Virus record (IMG/VR): IMGVR_UViG_3300032038_000037
Location: 35,277-99,276 of that record
DNA length: 64,000 nt
Strand: one strand, 5' to 3'
Source of the DNA: a virus
Lineage: Duplodnaviria > Caudoviricetes
Part shown: one piece after another, positions 56,601 to 64,000 of the stretch
Numbering within the stretch: position 1 is the stretch's first letter
Layout: each line of letters begins with the position of its first letter
Notes under the pieces: generated by a model
Told to the model about the DNA's origin: nothing
The model's input: only the letters and a program-made list of their open reading frames with translations
The model's database searches: none
Program-made: the position numbers and the translations under genes

Positions 56601-58847
56601 CATTCCTGCAGTTTTTCCTGCGGCCATCGCTCCCTTACCAAGCACTAAGCCGCCAATTGCATTTACTCCAGTATTAAGAACCTTACCACCAATTTTAAGT
56701 GCAGCAAAAGCAGTACCAATAGATAATGCTGTTTTTACAACATCACCTAAACCTTTATTTAAATTACCAACAGTACCACTAACTTTTTGAATAATTGAAT
56801 TAACTGCATTGAAGCCTGTAGTTAAAACATCAACAACCCCTTTGATAGCTGAAGAATTAGCAATTCCCATTACAAAAGAGTGATAAGCGTCTTTCAATTG
56901 ATTCAATTTATATTCTAATGATTCAGTAACTTTTCCGAATTGTTTTTCACCAGCACCTTCGGCATTAGTAGCAATACCTAATAATTCTTGAGTACGACCA
57001 TAATCTTGCATCATGGCAATAAAACGAGCTTGCATTCTGGCGCCAGCAGCTTGTGTTGCAATATAACGCTGTTGTGCGACGCTTAAAGTACCCCATCTTT
57101 CTGCTAAACGAAGAAATACTTGATCAAGACCTTCATTACCATTAATAAAATCTTGCAAACTAATTCCCGCAGTCTTTAATGCAGTATCAACTTTATTAAT
57201 ATCAATGACTTCTCCTTCTTCGTCTGTGCCAGTAAGAAGTCCATTTTCACCAAGTTTTTTAACCTCACCAAAACGTGCAATAATTGTTTTTAAAGCAGTA
57301 CCTGCTGTCTCTGGAGCTTCACGAGTTGTTTCAATAATTTGCGCTAAGAAAGTTGCAGTAGTTTCTAAATCCATATTAGCACTAGAAGCAAGTGAAGCAA
57401 CCTTACTCATAGCAGTACCAATTTCATATGTATTTGAAGCAGAACTTGCGGCCAATGCAGAATATACATCATTAACATGAGATGCATTAGCTTCATTACT
57501 TTCCATTCTAAAACCGCGAAGTGCCGCAGTCATTAAGTCAGTAGCTTCCGCGCCCTCAATACCAGCAATACGTGCCATTTTTAACGTTTCGACAGCAGTA
57601 CCCATCGCATGTTCTGTATCCAATCCCTGTTGATAATACAGTGTTGTTGCATTATACATATCTGCAATAGTTGTACCTAACTGTTGAGCACGTTTTGTAT
57701 ATTCTGGAAGTTGTCCCCACATATCTCCAACAGAATAGTCAGTAACAACTGCAGTTGCAGTCATAGCTTTATCAAGCTCTTTTACTGTACTAATGGCATC
57801 ACTTACCCCTTTACGGAATAAACGAATCATATTCTGTAAGCCAAAGAAATATTGTACCTGCATACGCAAATCATTTACTTGCATTTGCTTATCATATTGA
57901 TACATTACTCCTTGCTGTGCTTCCTGACTTGCCTTTTTTTGAGCCTGCGCACTTTGCTCAGCAGTACGAGCTAATTTTTTTAATTCAACTTGAGCCTTAC
58001 TAATGGAAGAAGATTTTTCTAAAGCTATAGACTCATTCAATCCATTCATTTTAGTAGTGGCTTCTGTGGTTTCAGTTTCAAGATTATTCATAAGCGATAC
58101 TAATGATTCTAAAGCACCCTTATTGAATAATTCCATCGCTTGACCTTTAGTTTTCGCGTCAAGAGATCCCCAGTTATTAAAAAGTTCTTTTAATGACGTT
58201 TCTGTTTCGTTAATTTTTAATTTTAAATCATTAAGTCCTAAAGTATCAACTAACTTGCCTTTAGTTGAGGCTCCTAATTTAGAAAAGCCACTAACTAAAC
58301 TATTTACCGCTTCTTTAACAGCAGTAAAATCTCCTACCTGTAATGCTCCCTTAACACTTTCTAAATTAGCTTTTAAGGTTTTTGAAGAAGTAGATACTTG
58401 TGAAATAGAATTTAACATTCCTCCAAAAGTATCTTTTCCAGAAGAAGCAAAACTATTTTTCAAAATATTTTGATATTCTTGTTGTGCCTTTTGTAATTCA
58501 CTTTCAAGATTTTTAAGCTTAGTTGTATCAACCTTAACGGAAACTTCTTTTCCATTAATTTGATTGATCATTGTTAAAATTTTAGAATAGCTTTTATCAA
58601 CTTCATTAGTTAGTTTATTAAAAGAATTTACATCAGCTTTGCTAGTAAGCCCTTTTTGCATTAATGCTTCAATTTGCGAAACATCATTCTTCATTTTAGC
58701 AAAAGTCTTATTAAAGCTATTTTCCATACCTTTTGGTAAATTTAATTTACTAAAGGCAGCTTGAAGACTATTAATTTGACCTTTGGCTTGACTAACATCT
58801 AAATTAGTTTTTATGTTAATTTGAGCTGTTGTTACGCTACCCATCAT
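47670..58847 (-). CDS. Tail tape measure protein (3725 aa)
   Basis: TP901-type core (VKELDKAMT...LYYQQG...GTALKTIIARF), hydrophobic Gly/Ala segments, GEIGPEL motif, C-terminal FATGGLADYTGPAWMDGTPSKPELVLN. Confidence 0.92.
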   Translation of the reverse strand: MMGSVTTAQINIKTNLDVSQAKGQINSLQAAFSKLNLPKGMENSFNKTFAKMKNDVSQIEALMQKGLTSKADVNSFNKLTNEVDKSYSKILTMINQINGKEVSVKVDTTKLKNLESELQKAQQEYQNILKNSFASSGKDTFGGMLNSISQVSTSSKTLKANLESVKGALQVGDFTAVKEAVNSLVSGFSKLGASTKGKLVDTLGLNDLKLKINETETSLKELFNNWGSLDAKTKGQAMELFNKGALESLVSLMNNLETETTEATTKMNGLNESIALEKSSSISKAQVELKKLARTAEQSAQAQKKASQEAQQGVMYQYDKQMQVNDLRMQVQYFFGLQNMIRLFRKGVSDAISTVKELDKAMTATAVVTDYSVGDMWGQLPEYTKRAQQLGTTIADMYNATTLYYQQGLDTEHAMGTAVETLKMARIAGIEGAEATDLMTAALRGFRMESNEANASHVNDVYSALAASSASNTYEIGTAMSKVASLASSANMDLETTATFLAQIIETTREAPETAGTALKTIIARFGEVKKLGENGLLTGTDEEGEVIDINKVDTALKTAGISLQDFINGNEGLDQVFLRLAERWGTLSVAQQRYIATQAAGARMQARFIAMMQDYGRTQELLGIATNAEGAGEKQFGKVTESLEYKLNQLKDAYHSFVMGIANSSAIKGVVDVLTTGFNAVNSIIQKVSGTVGNLNKGLGDVVKTALSIGTAFAALKIGGKVLNTGVNAIGGLVLGKGAMAAGKTAGMNGAFGGIMGAKTSAITAPIVSRLDTLIGLSKIGNKINSTNSANKGETLTGRGFLAARRGINSLIGGKDGATTNVLMDQMSQYSSETQRAIMATSPGTSQAIKSSFYQGVKKLDLKTPGQIAARSFINAQEKAFKTGKVDFTSYVKSASMASSKAFSQHMLNANDRINQFNLLGAKNLQTDADAAEWIRQRAISARAKEIFQDKKAYQSFDKARMEGKDSGIPKSYLKGEYNKARAQAMQEMGQLGENPIKLTGLEKAGNTVASLGAGIASAGMALNAFSANLSSMGADRAAAAVSALGSAFTTVGMAASSAGSILSGVSNIATMLGTSASVVGGVFAGIGVLVAGIVAAYKLHQHNIKKIRDEGKQVTKDYQKNVVEQKKSIKELSDGYKEYQQLRKGVDSKGNNISLDEEQYKRYQDYTDKLISMNGALQQGVNNTGQAYVSQYADIQKALKEASKDAERSEEQYLTNGSGQSIIDQVKTYKRINKLMGKPGQQGSAGAITRTGRVPRAANRGTTPTEIEKQATTIETSLQEITGYQSQLQELGLGDIDFGNLNVADAKKIYDKADALSSYIESSDLDDKAKASAEKAISKLTKTYDSAVEAAKPQTDWLEKYLDSTNMSGAALEKKIADKFDFKKLKNKTADSHLAELGKEQALSLTGSFREGLETLSLTGLEQGWDAETFKTKATDYARSLEELTGSAGKGKEYSTALEGIAKAQAEFDKAIEKNKSPEEAAATYRASIIDQIGTLNSLEAAYREAAANGDIGAGLIADGIHEGMLKAVMYTEEGEQRIAESINGLSNSFNSANSALENYQEKTKDLKDYYTAAEGMKEILTDIGYDEEKGTFSGKDVEGKGSQKFWLAAENLVDEKVLDQGIDKVKSKMSQIAPMLKEGQEGYNNFISSLHQHYANKDLPGLEKFYSEDGKGGFKIDVDDSSLGKMADLLGVSDDLLSSMLNKSRQFMDWDLSNIDQLSSSIKTSEETLGGKGKYFYNYDQLRADARAAGVTDFGKDSEFQKIVTDLQSKGIKLLNVDELMNGDKTQRAAQGKIAKELTQSLGFTKQAKSLDDIKKYIEPFAKSGQYNAEETLSILKSSGLIKGEQSEETAMQAWEELNSSPELTSMNETAANTAQANSYLAQIVAASGQIPKEISEGVGNLHKEVMGEKGIDTKYQYYGHEQNEQGKLLSYNERREGLTAIDTKINEAKEYQKTLETALSNATSDTAKKEIQKQIKTNQETLNYLNDWKAVGSTGITTAEKLLDGNAENFDYSAFGGEKNRKGLQALDEILRKAEKIDFKTLGSALRSEETEGMERGAKSSILGQYSLQEMKNAGITIPKNVTSGSLGSLLNIANNPNLSVEQGIEQFATQVNNAFKGVEGAGPVIASLKDQFAQMEQMDFFSPAFWDFSQKMGTIDSAKIQEIIGRDGNFQIELDTVAKMDGAEQIQQTLANISSDADKIKVIDSFFKLNQDPANTTAIDTIHEITGLSTEEIMAMVKFKSDNTEVEEDKEKNKENTSNTHKTKSDNSEVEEDKEKNKENTSSEHEITANDTEVQEAKAEAEEPTESPVTFTFENGTNPLTTNPFASTNGEGSSVKVDTIFEPKTEQVDEKKESIKTPEPEVKVNFTVGKDSVSKKKKAYSKPIEQTVVKKQSTTITAKANTGAATTAINNAAKNRNSTITVGADTSQAISKANTAASTISSLNPTITIGGAVASSFNTAAAKIQAKIDELKALKVWTGRNNHRMGAYSTGYNQSSLNSYASGKKRTTKGNTVPALTGEIGPELAWYPKEGRAELLGVGGPQFVPDLPKDSVVWNARQTEQIMKRKSIPLNSFSEGTGTIPGSGGGGGRGGGGGKQPPKQGQTPPKKDKQVEQIVQNTGTISRMDVGIYNLTKKIEITSSKIEKNSDVIKKKLSDTIDFSYSQINSLVGDQSKLLTRSSNQNKELAAQYQKLLTNLNAGKGKYKNYEVSWEKNVKDKNGKKTTKTQKTKVNLGTIIVPNGEGGYKIDYNKINKIAQNKKQGKKFADAVLEAAKKELDDLTSKKISADKAKLDADNKLADLRKELKETLYGWEDHLTRIKNLEDKISLSESFANKVESIQKLITNMVDSSLSNLAETSNDYLKAINASVAATTYQINKDKDLWDAYKQQLADDLTLQDEYTKQKEAKDAYDQAKKDKKDQGTLERLLALYNQRKDETDRAQVGKRYVQTTHDEHGQIQVTFDRYQFEKDKNAGDINATEAKAVQDYYDKILDDINKLQDVESSIADKINSLYDQRNEQYQMMSDYTQKIRDGMEDEEQKTIDNLSDLNKSIQDAFKDLIDKVKKELDKQRKAEQNQKDEENITNKMNRLAMLRADTAGGNAAEIARLEKEIGEDTGKYEDSLEDQLLDRLQDQADEAAKQREKQIELLTAQLNYSKTTGIYLARAENLVQRIANGDTSPQTQQLARLYYLGSTEMLDKWGKKLESINFASETLKVANFNESVATFEKAIKDFQDEAKKLINTVFNSRDAYDSLSLRTLKNEIKSNRSTINIEDAKTRFRNEGGQDENDAFKSLKEVGYSVKDFHKAGYSASQAKAAGFSAKALKGTYTGKQIHDAKYTAKQFRAAGYNAKQAKKSGYSVKELKSGGYTLKNFKENGLSAKNALDAGFKRASVVKTYSAAKVRAVDAGTKKTATLDTNGKEKGGAIKSGTVNKAGTRIAAQKGDTVYAQDYNVKTGKGTGKTLAIKFGGKGFNTKFIKNNQKEAGKELAWQLRNNSVGSKIHKDWAKFIAASTYSPLKAGKEVQLKGRKGTITNKGKLYYNTSKGIEAWDPSTGKTGIHEKWKDKKTSYSKFKKKAKLTGLGREYTHFLLDKKLFKAKGGKIYEVGKNGKITGNPLKFATGGLADYTGPAWMDGTPSKPELVLNPSETKNFLALKDVLADATKRGIFNHDQYTSSGDINLDIDINVDKIDSDYDVDQVADRVKKIIVKEAKYRNVTVTGRSR
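51988..52115. repeat. 72-bp-period duplication in the tape measure (KSDNxEVEEDKEKNKENTS x2)
   Basis: Two near-identical copies at ~51988-52043 and ~52060-52115. Confidence 0.85.
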
Positions 58848-58865
58848 ATCCCCCTTTTTAGCAAT

Positions 58866-58899
58866 AAAAAATGACGTTAATATTTAAATTAACGTCATT
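58866..58899 (-). terminator. Terminator-like hairpin upstream of the tape measure gene
   Basis: AATGACGTTAAT-ttaaat-ATTAACGTCATT followed by TTTT on the minus strand. Confidence 0.7.
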
Positions 58900-59692
58900 A
58901 AAAATCGCTATCTATATCGTTACTTAAAAAGTAAAACTCCATCAACCTCGTTTGTCCCCTTTCACCTATTGGCATAGCCTTTGCATCAAACCTTCCTACT
59001 TGAGGATTCGCGTTGGTTCCTAAACTTATAGATAAATCAGACGTTAATTTTAGTTTCGGAATTTTAATAATTCCCGTCTTTGTATTACCCGTTACATCGT
59101 CCTTTACTCGCGTTCTTCCTTCAAAAGTAAGGAAGCCATCTATCATTTCTTGACCGATTGTCAATTCTGAAACGTTTGCATCATATACATAAGTATAATC
59201 TACAATTACATCAGTATAGGCTTCTAAAGAAGTTTGTATTTGATTTTCACTATACATTGTACAATTTAAAGCTTTTGTACCATCTTCTACCTTATATATA
59301 AAAATAGGTTTACCTCGGTATGGAGTATGGGATAAAGTTAATATACTATTTTCATCGGTTTCTAATAAATCTCTTTGACTAACTCCTAAAACTTCATTTG
59401 TCAGTTTTCCTAATCGCGCATTAGCCATAAGAGCAAATTGTGTTTTATTAAAAATACCTTGCGTAAAAACCAAATCTAATTCTTTAGGACGCCTCCATAT
59501 AACCCGCTCACGATTTTCGTATCCACCAACTGCAGCGATATACTGTTCAATTTCTTTAAATTGAGAAATTTGTATTTTATCAAAAGTTGCAATTGTTTCG
59601 CCAGGGGCTAAATAATTTCCATCTATCTCTATATTAGAAGTGGTTTTTAGTTGAGCAAAGTACAATTCCTTCATTCCGAACTGTTGTTCCAT
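58898..59692 (-). CDS. Tail-tube-like protein, divergent paralog of the major tail protein
   Basis: Aligns by eye with 59762..60742 at both ends (FGMKEL/YGIKEV; KIPKLKL/IIPKGKV). Confidence 0.6.
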   Translation of the reverse strand: MEQQFGMKELYFAQLKTTSNIEIDGNYLAPGETIATFDKIQISQFKEIEQYIAAVGGYENRERVIWRRPKELDLVFTQGIFNKTQFALMANARLGKLTNEVLGVSQRDLLETDENSILTLSHTPYRGKPIFIYKVEDGTKALNCTMYSENQIQTSLEAYTDVIVDYTYVYDANVSELTIGQEMIDGFLTFEGRTRVKDDVTGNTKTGIIKIPKLKLTSDLSISLGTNANPQVGRFDAKAMPIGERGQTRLMEFYFLSNDIDSDF

Positions 59693-59707
59693 GCCTTTTA
59701 CTCCTTA

Positions 59708-59740
59708 AACAAACAGCGGGTAGCTTTACCGCCACCCGCC
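59708..59740 (-). terminator. Terminator-like hairpin after the major tail protein
   Basis: GCGGGTGGC-ggtaaa-GCTACCCGC followed by TGTTTGTTT on the minus strand. Confidence 0.65.
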
Positions 59741-59761
59741 ATTAAAACCATTTTTAATTAA

Positions 59762-60742
59762 TTATTCTGGATTACCCTCTGTCAGAGAGGAAGTAGCTTT
59801 AGAAGCAGCAGCGCCACCCTTAAGTACCGTAGACCACTCAGCATGCTCATCAGTATTATTATACTTATCTAAGACAGAAGCAACACCCTTATTATATTCA
59901 CCACTAGATGACTGTGTAGAATCTAATTCATACTTAACTAACTTAAGCATCGAACCATCTTTGGCTTTCAGGCAATTAACTGTCATACTAAATGTAGCAG
60001 GATCACCATCAGCTTCCATAGTTAAGCTAACATCTTCAGCAGAAACCTTTCCTTTCGGAATGATAAACTGTAAGAATTCATCCTTACCAGAATTAGCATT
60101 TCTAGCATATGTATCACCAGTAATATAATATGTATTGTCATTAAATTCAGCACTAATATTAATCTCAATACCCTGTTTAACAGCAGACTTATTCGCAGCA
60201 TTAACATCAATAGCTGAAGTAGCGCAATCTAATAAATCAAAGGTTACAAAATCAAAATTCTTTGTTGTCCAATCTGCAGTTGCAACAGGAGATGGAACAG
60301 CAGCGCCATCTGCATAAACAAAATATGTACATTTTGCTGTTGCAATATAATAATCTTGTCCCTTAATCTGGAAGATTGCATAATCGCCTTCTCCCTGTGC
60401 TGTACTTACATTAATATCAGTAGCTCTAACAGTTTTCAGCACTTCTTGGCCAGTAGCAGTATTGTCTTTGGCAACACCACCAAACATAATACCAAGAGAC
60501 TTAGCACTAAATAAAGCATCTTCAAGAGTTAATGTTAATTCTTTGTTGGTATCCCAAGTCAGAAGCTTAACGTTAGACTTACCACCAGTAGCATCTACTG
60601 TTTCCGCACTCTGCTCGATTGTCGAAACCTTTAAAGTATCAAGGTAAAGAACGGGTGCAGAAGGGGCGCCTTCTTTGTCAAGTTCATAGAACATTACATC
60701 AGCAACTTCCTTAATACCATATTTATCAAGAATACTTGCCAT
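59762..60742 (-). CDS. Major tail (tube) protein
   Basis: YGIKEVADV, LDTLKVSTIEQ...ATGGK...LTLEDALFS, LTMEADGDPATFSM; AGGAGG RBS; position upstream of the tape measure. Confidence 0.75.
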   Translation of the reverse strand: MASILDKYGIKEVADVMFYELDKEGAPSAPVLYLDTLKVSTIEQSAETVDATGGKSNVKLLTWDTNKELTLTLEDALFSAKSLGIMFGGVAKDNTATGQEVLKTVRATDINVSTAQGEGDYAIFQIKGQDYYIATAKCTYFVYADGAAVPSPVATADWTTKNFDFVTFDLLDCATSAIDVNAANKSAVKQGIEINISAEFNDNTYYITGDTYARNANSGKDEFLQFIIPKGKVSAEDVSLTMEADGDPATFSMTVNCLKAKDGSMLKLVKYELDSTQSSSGEYNKGVASVLDKYNNTDEHAEWSTVLKGGAAASKATSSLTEGNPE

Positions 60743-60760
60743 ATTAATAGCCTCCTATAG

Positions 60761-61498
60761 TTATTTCAAATTTTTAATCCAATATTTTGGTTTTACTTTT
60801 TTGCTATCCGCACCAGCCAATAAAGCTCGTATATCTGTATTATACGATTCTTTTTGTTGATATATTCCAATCAACCAAACAATGTCGGCATAGCTCATCT
60901 CTCCAATATTAAGTGGATTAAGACCAATACCCATACAACAAATTGCAGCTAATAAAGTACCTAATTTTGGCCCCATATTTTTTTTAGCCTTAAGTTTTTC
61001 TCTATAACGAGTTTTAGCCTTAATTCTAGCTACTCTAGGGTCTTCATCGGGGTCAGGTGGTTCAACCCTATCCATTCCCATTATATCTCTAATCATATTT
61101 TGAAATTCAAAATAATTACTTTTATCAATTAATCGCGGATTAACTAAATCTTTATCTGGATCTAAATGTTCTTCGTCTATGCCTACGATTATTATTTCTA
61201 ATTCTGGAACTATAGTTACAGATTCATGAATAAATTTTTTAAATCCATGCAATATAATTGATTTCATCTTTTCATCTGAATGATAAGTTAATAATAAATA
61301 AATAAAAGGAGTAGGAGTTTTAATTCTTTTATCTTCGTTCCTATAAGCATCATCAAGTTCTTCTTGTGACATTGTAAAAACTGATTGATATTTTGCAAAT
61401 TCATCATCATTAACTACATCATTTACTTTTGGTGGATATAATTTACATATATTTTTAAAAGAAATTGGATACCCTAAAAATACTTTTTCATTAATCAT
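60761..61498 (-). CDS. Tail assembly-region protein (possible chaperone)
   Basis: Position in the neck/tail operon; C-terminal ALLAGADSKKVKPKYW. Confidence 0.5.
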   Translation of the reverse strand: MINEKVFLGYPISFKNICKLYPPKVNDVVNDDEFAKYQSVFTMSQEELDDAYRNEDKRIKTPTPFIYLLLTYHSDEKMKSIILHGFKKFIHESVTIVPELEIIIVGIDEEHLDPDKDLVNPRLIDKSNYFEFQNMIRDIMGMDRVEPPDPDEDPRVARIKAKTRYREKLKAKKNMGPKLGTLLAAICCMGIGLNPLNIGEMSYADIVWLIGIYQQKESYNTDIRALLAGADSKKVKPKYWIKNLK

Positions 61499-61982
61499 AA
61501 GAAGTTAATTTAAATATTTGTTCATAATCAGAAATTTCTTCTGTTAAAAAGTTTAAGTCAAAATCACCACCAGTCATTTTTCCCAAACCATCAATTGTTT
61601 TTCCATCTAAAGATTTCTGAATTTCAGACATTATAGCAAAAGGTCTTAAATTAATATCTTTTATAATCCACTGTGTTAAAGGAACGAAAACTTCTACACT
61701 AATCGTTACATCTTTAAACTCATTATTTACTATGTTTTGGCGCCCGCGCGTAAAACGTACAGAAATAATTGAATGAGCAGTTTCTTTTGGACCAACTCTT
61801 GGAACAATTTTAATAAGTTTTTCAAAAACCTCATTTTGTAGTTGTTCTTCAGTTAAATCTTCATGACTTAATGGATCTTTATCAGTATAATATAATAATT
61901 TAACTAAATTTTGATTAGCCATTAATCTCTTAACAATCTTTTGCCCATTTCTTCCAATATCAATTAAATTCCTTACATTCAT
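61491..61982 (-). CDS. Putative tail terminator/completion protein
   Basis: LVKLLYY...LRPFAIMSEI pattern; position. Confidence 0.5.
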   Translation of the reverse strand: MNVRNLIDIGRNGQKIVKRLMANQNLVKLLYYTDKDPLSHEDLTEEQLQNEVFEKLIKIVPRVGPKETAHSIISVRFTRGRQNIVNNEFKDVTISVEVFVPLTQWIIKDINLRPFAIMSEIQKSLDGKTIDGLGKMTGGDFDLNFLTEEISDYEQIFKLTSYD

Positions 61983-62716
61983 TCTCCTTCACCCCCTTTA
62001 TTAATCCAGAAGAAATCTTCATCATCATCTTCTGGAGTTTGCTGCGGCGGAGGAGTTAAATCACGAATATACTGTGGGTCAACTGATACAAACTCAACAC
62101 CAGGGGTTGAAAGAATATCATAACCTGTAACTACATAAGCCTCAGTTAATCCACCAAATTCAACTTCTAAATAATCATCTTTACGAATATGAGGATTCAT
62201 AGTTGTAATAAAAAAGCTCAATTTCAAAGGCTCTGTATAAAGTGTTCTTGAACGACTACGAGATCTAAGTTCATCTTTGAGCATATTGTCTTCTTGCCCA
62301 TAAAGATAAGCCCAACAATGCTGTTCGTTTCCTTCTCTATCTGTCCAAGTTAAATAATGAGTCATTTCAATAACAATATATCTATTATAACCACTAGCTT
62401 TTCTACTTTCTAAAAAATAAATTAACCACGGTTGTTCAATTCCATTTTTATCTGGAACCCAAATAAGAGTTCCACTATCCATATCGAAATGGACATCTGT
62501 TAATAAATATTGCATTGTCTTTGTTTCATTTTGACTTCTAGGAGTTAATTCACCCTCATGTTTTACTTCTTCTCCATCAATCCTAAAAGTTGTATAAAAA
62601 ACAGATTTTTTTAATTGTAATGCAAAGTTTTCTTCACGCTGCCGCTGCATACGTGATTGAAAATCTACACCATATCGATTAAGCCTTTTTAAATATACAT
62701 CATGATAATAACCCAT
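61979..62716 (-). CDS. Putative head closure/head-tail joining protein
   Basis: Beta-rich; position between connector and terminator. Confidence 0.45.
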   Translation of the reverse strand: MGYYHDVYLKRLNRYGVDFQSRMQRQREENFALQLKKSVFYTTFRIDGEEVKHEGELTPRSQNETKTMQYLLTDVHFDMDSGTLIWVPDKNGIEQPWLIYFLESRKASGYNRYIVIEMTHYLTWTDREGNEQHCWAYLYGQEDNMLKDELRSRSRSRTLYTEPLKLSFFITTMNPHIRKDDYLEVEFGGLTEAYVVTGYDILSTPGVEFVSVDPQYIRDLTPPPQQTPEDDDEDFFWINKGGEGE

Positions 62717-62719
62717 AGC

Positions 62720-62989
62720 TTAATCCTCCATATTAGACAATAAGGACATACAATCAAAAACTGTAGTCCTAAAATATTCATATCTTAAATAGCGTAAAGA
62801 TGCTACCTTATGATACAAAACATAATAATTTATTGTCTTTTCATTTTCATCAAAACCCTGCAATTCAATTAAAATAGAATCAAGAAATTTTTCCCATTCT
62901 CTGTTTTTCTCAAATTCACAAAGCAATCCAAATAATTTATTTTTTAACTTATTCGAATAACCTTCTTTAACTTCTGAAACATATTCCAT
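62720..62989 (-). CDS. Hypothetical protein (neck operon)
   Basis: Start refined to ATG 62989; helical. Confidence 0.6.
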   Translation of the reverse strand: MEYVSEVKEGYSNKLKNKLFGLLCEFEKNREWEKFLDSILIELQGFDENEKTINYYVLYHKVASLRYLRYEYFRTTVFDCMSLLSNMED

Positions 62990-62990
62990 T

Positions 62991-63422
62991 TTAATCTCCC
63001 GCCAATTGCGTAAAATCAAAAGGCGAGCCTTTGCGAGAACGATAGTAAACTCTTTCCAACTTTAAAGCCTTATATTCTTCTCTTTCAAGCAATTGTTTCA
63101 ACTTATCAATTAAATTGGCTTGCGAAAAATCTCTTTCTACATATAAAGGCTTTACGTTCTCCCAAGTTAAGATAGTTCTATCTAACCACTCACATTTCAT
63201 ATAAGTAGCTAAAATTTGAATTTCAACATTGGTTATATCTGGATCAACGAAATATCCATTTTCATCAATTTCTAAACTACAACGAGGAAATTTAAACCAT
63301 GGAATAGCACTATCTAATAAAGCTCTCCAATCGACTTCATTTTCTTCATCTGTCCAGTTTAACCACTCATCTTCTAACATTTTAGTAAGAAAAGCATCAT
63401 AAACGTCTTGAACTGAGGCCAT
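62991..63422 (-). CDS. Putative head-tail adaptor/connector
   Basis: VYDAFLTKM...EIQILATYMKCEW...DFSQANL; position. Confidence 0.55.
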   Translation of the reverse strand: MASVQDVYDAFLTKMLEDEWLNWTDEENEVDWRALLDSAIPWFKFPRCSLEIDENGYFVDPDITNVEIQILATYMKCEWLDRTILTWENVKPLYVERDFSQANLIDKLKQLLEREEYKALKLERVYYRSRKGSPFDFTQLAGD

Positions 63423-63425
63423 TTA

Positions 63426-63917
63426 CTATTCCCCCTTAACTGGTTCCTTATCCTCTCTGTTCAGTCTAATGGCGCTAATAACATCAATACCTGTCATTTC
63501 TTTAAGAACATCACACTTATTAATATCACTATACTCATGTTCGACAGCATAGTCAACTAAATTTAAAACTTGTTCTTTAGGAACAGTCTTAATTTCTTCT
63601 TTAAATTCAAAGACTGGCATAACTGTCATCATTCGCTTCATCTGATCATCGCTTAAAACCTTAATAAGCTGCGGCTCAGTCGCGCCCTCTGGTTCAAGAC
63701 CTAAAGCAATCTTTGTTTCCATATCTTCAATACCAAGCATACCCTGTCTAAACATATACTCAGTACCATAATCAAACATGGCTTCTTGTAATGTATCGAA
63801 ATCAATTAAGCGCGTCTGTCCTTTTCTTTCCCAACGAACATTGAGCCTTAAATCCGGTAACTTAATACCAAGCCTACCATTAACTAAACTTTTTACCTTA
63901 ACTTTTTTGTTTTCCAT
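63426..63917 (-). CDS. Hypothetical protein (post-capsid position)
   Basis: AAGGAG RBS, 163 aa. Confidence 0.65.
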   Translation of the reverse strand: MENKKVKVKSLVNGRLGIKLPDLRLNVRWERKGQTRLIDFDTLQEAMFDYGTEYMFRQGMLGIEDMETKIALGLEPEGATEPQLIKVLSDDQMKRMMTVMPVFEFKEEIKTVPKEQVLNLVDYAVEHEYSDINKCDVLKEMTGIDVISAIRLNREDKEPVKGE

Positions 63918-63940
63918 AATAATACTCCTTTTCTCGCGTT

Positions 63941-63976
63941 AAAAATACAAAGGGAAGGAGAGTACCTCTCCTCCCC
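63941..63976 (-). terminator. Terminator hairpin following an upstream gene outside the window
   Basis: GGGGAGGAGAG-gta-CTCTCCTTCCC followed by TTTGTATTTTT on the minus strand. Confidence 0.7.
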
Positions 63977-64000
63977 TGTTAAACTTTAATTTATGCGTAT

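Noticed and set aside
442-60647. Numerous short ORF-track entries overlapping long genes (e.g. 513..842, 12781..13296, 28243..28593, 45352..45663, 57205..57480)
   Set aside because: Antisense or alternate-frame shadows without RBS or recognisable motifs
63991-64000. 3' end of the major capsid gene
   Set aside because: Only a few codons are visible; plausible by position but unsupported
1-64000. tRNA, rRNA, integrase/att sites, IS elements
   Set aside because: None recognised by eye; intergenic spaces are short and explained by promoters and terminators. tRNAscan/Infernal were not run.

Overview
A 64-kb internal segment of a large, AT-rich (roughly 30% GC by eye) tailed dsDNA phage genome, most likely a siphovirus of an anaerobic Bacillota host (sigmaA-type promoters, GH25/CW_7 endolysin, class III RNR). 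It uses the standard genetic code. I found no tRNA, rRNA, CRISPR array, integrase or reverse transcriptase. Minus-strand virion genes occupy both ends. At 47.7-63.9 kb are head-tail genes, two paralogous tail-tube genes and a 3725-aa tape measure. At 1-20.1 kb are lysis genes, a long fibre/adhesin cluster, Dit and a >2078-aa Tal-like gene cut by the window edge. Between them lies a plus-strand replication/nucleotide module: gyrB, gyrA, an SPbeta-like SSB/ATPase/helicase/primase/RecJ/DnaE run, nrdD-FNT-nrdG, a ThyX-like gene, dUTPase and a RuvC-like gene. The best candidates for a new system are: (1) a self-contained two-gene cassette with a membrane-anchored GIY-YIG nuclease and a minimal UvrD helicase; (2) a formate/nitrite channel gene wedged between nrdD and nrdG; (3) strong over-representation of GCGCG/CGCGC words; (4) a Cys-less derivative of a radical-SAM family coupled to dnaE; (5) three tandem paralogous receptor-binding tip modules; (6) regulatory architecture comprising a conserved late-promoter motif, a promoter antisense to the endolysin, an attenuator-like leader and a +1-frameshifted gene. 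All family assignments are by-eye motif recognition, not database searches.
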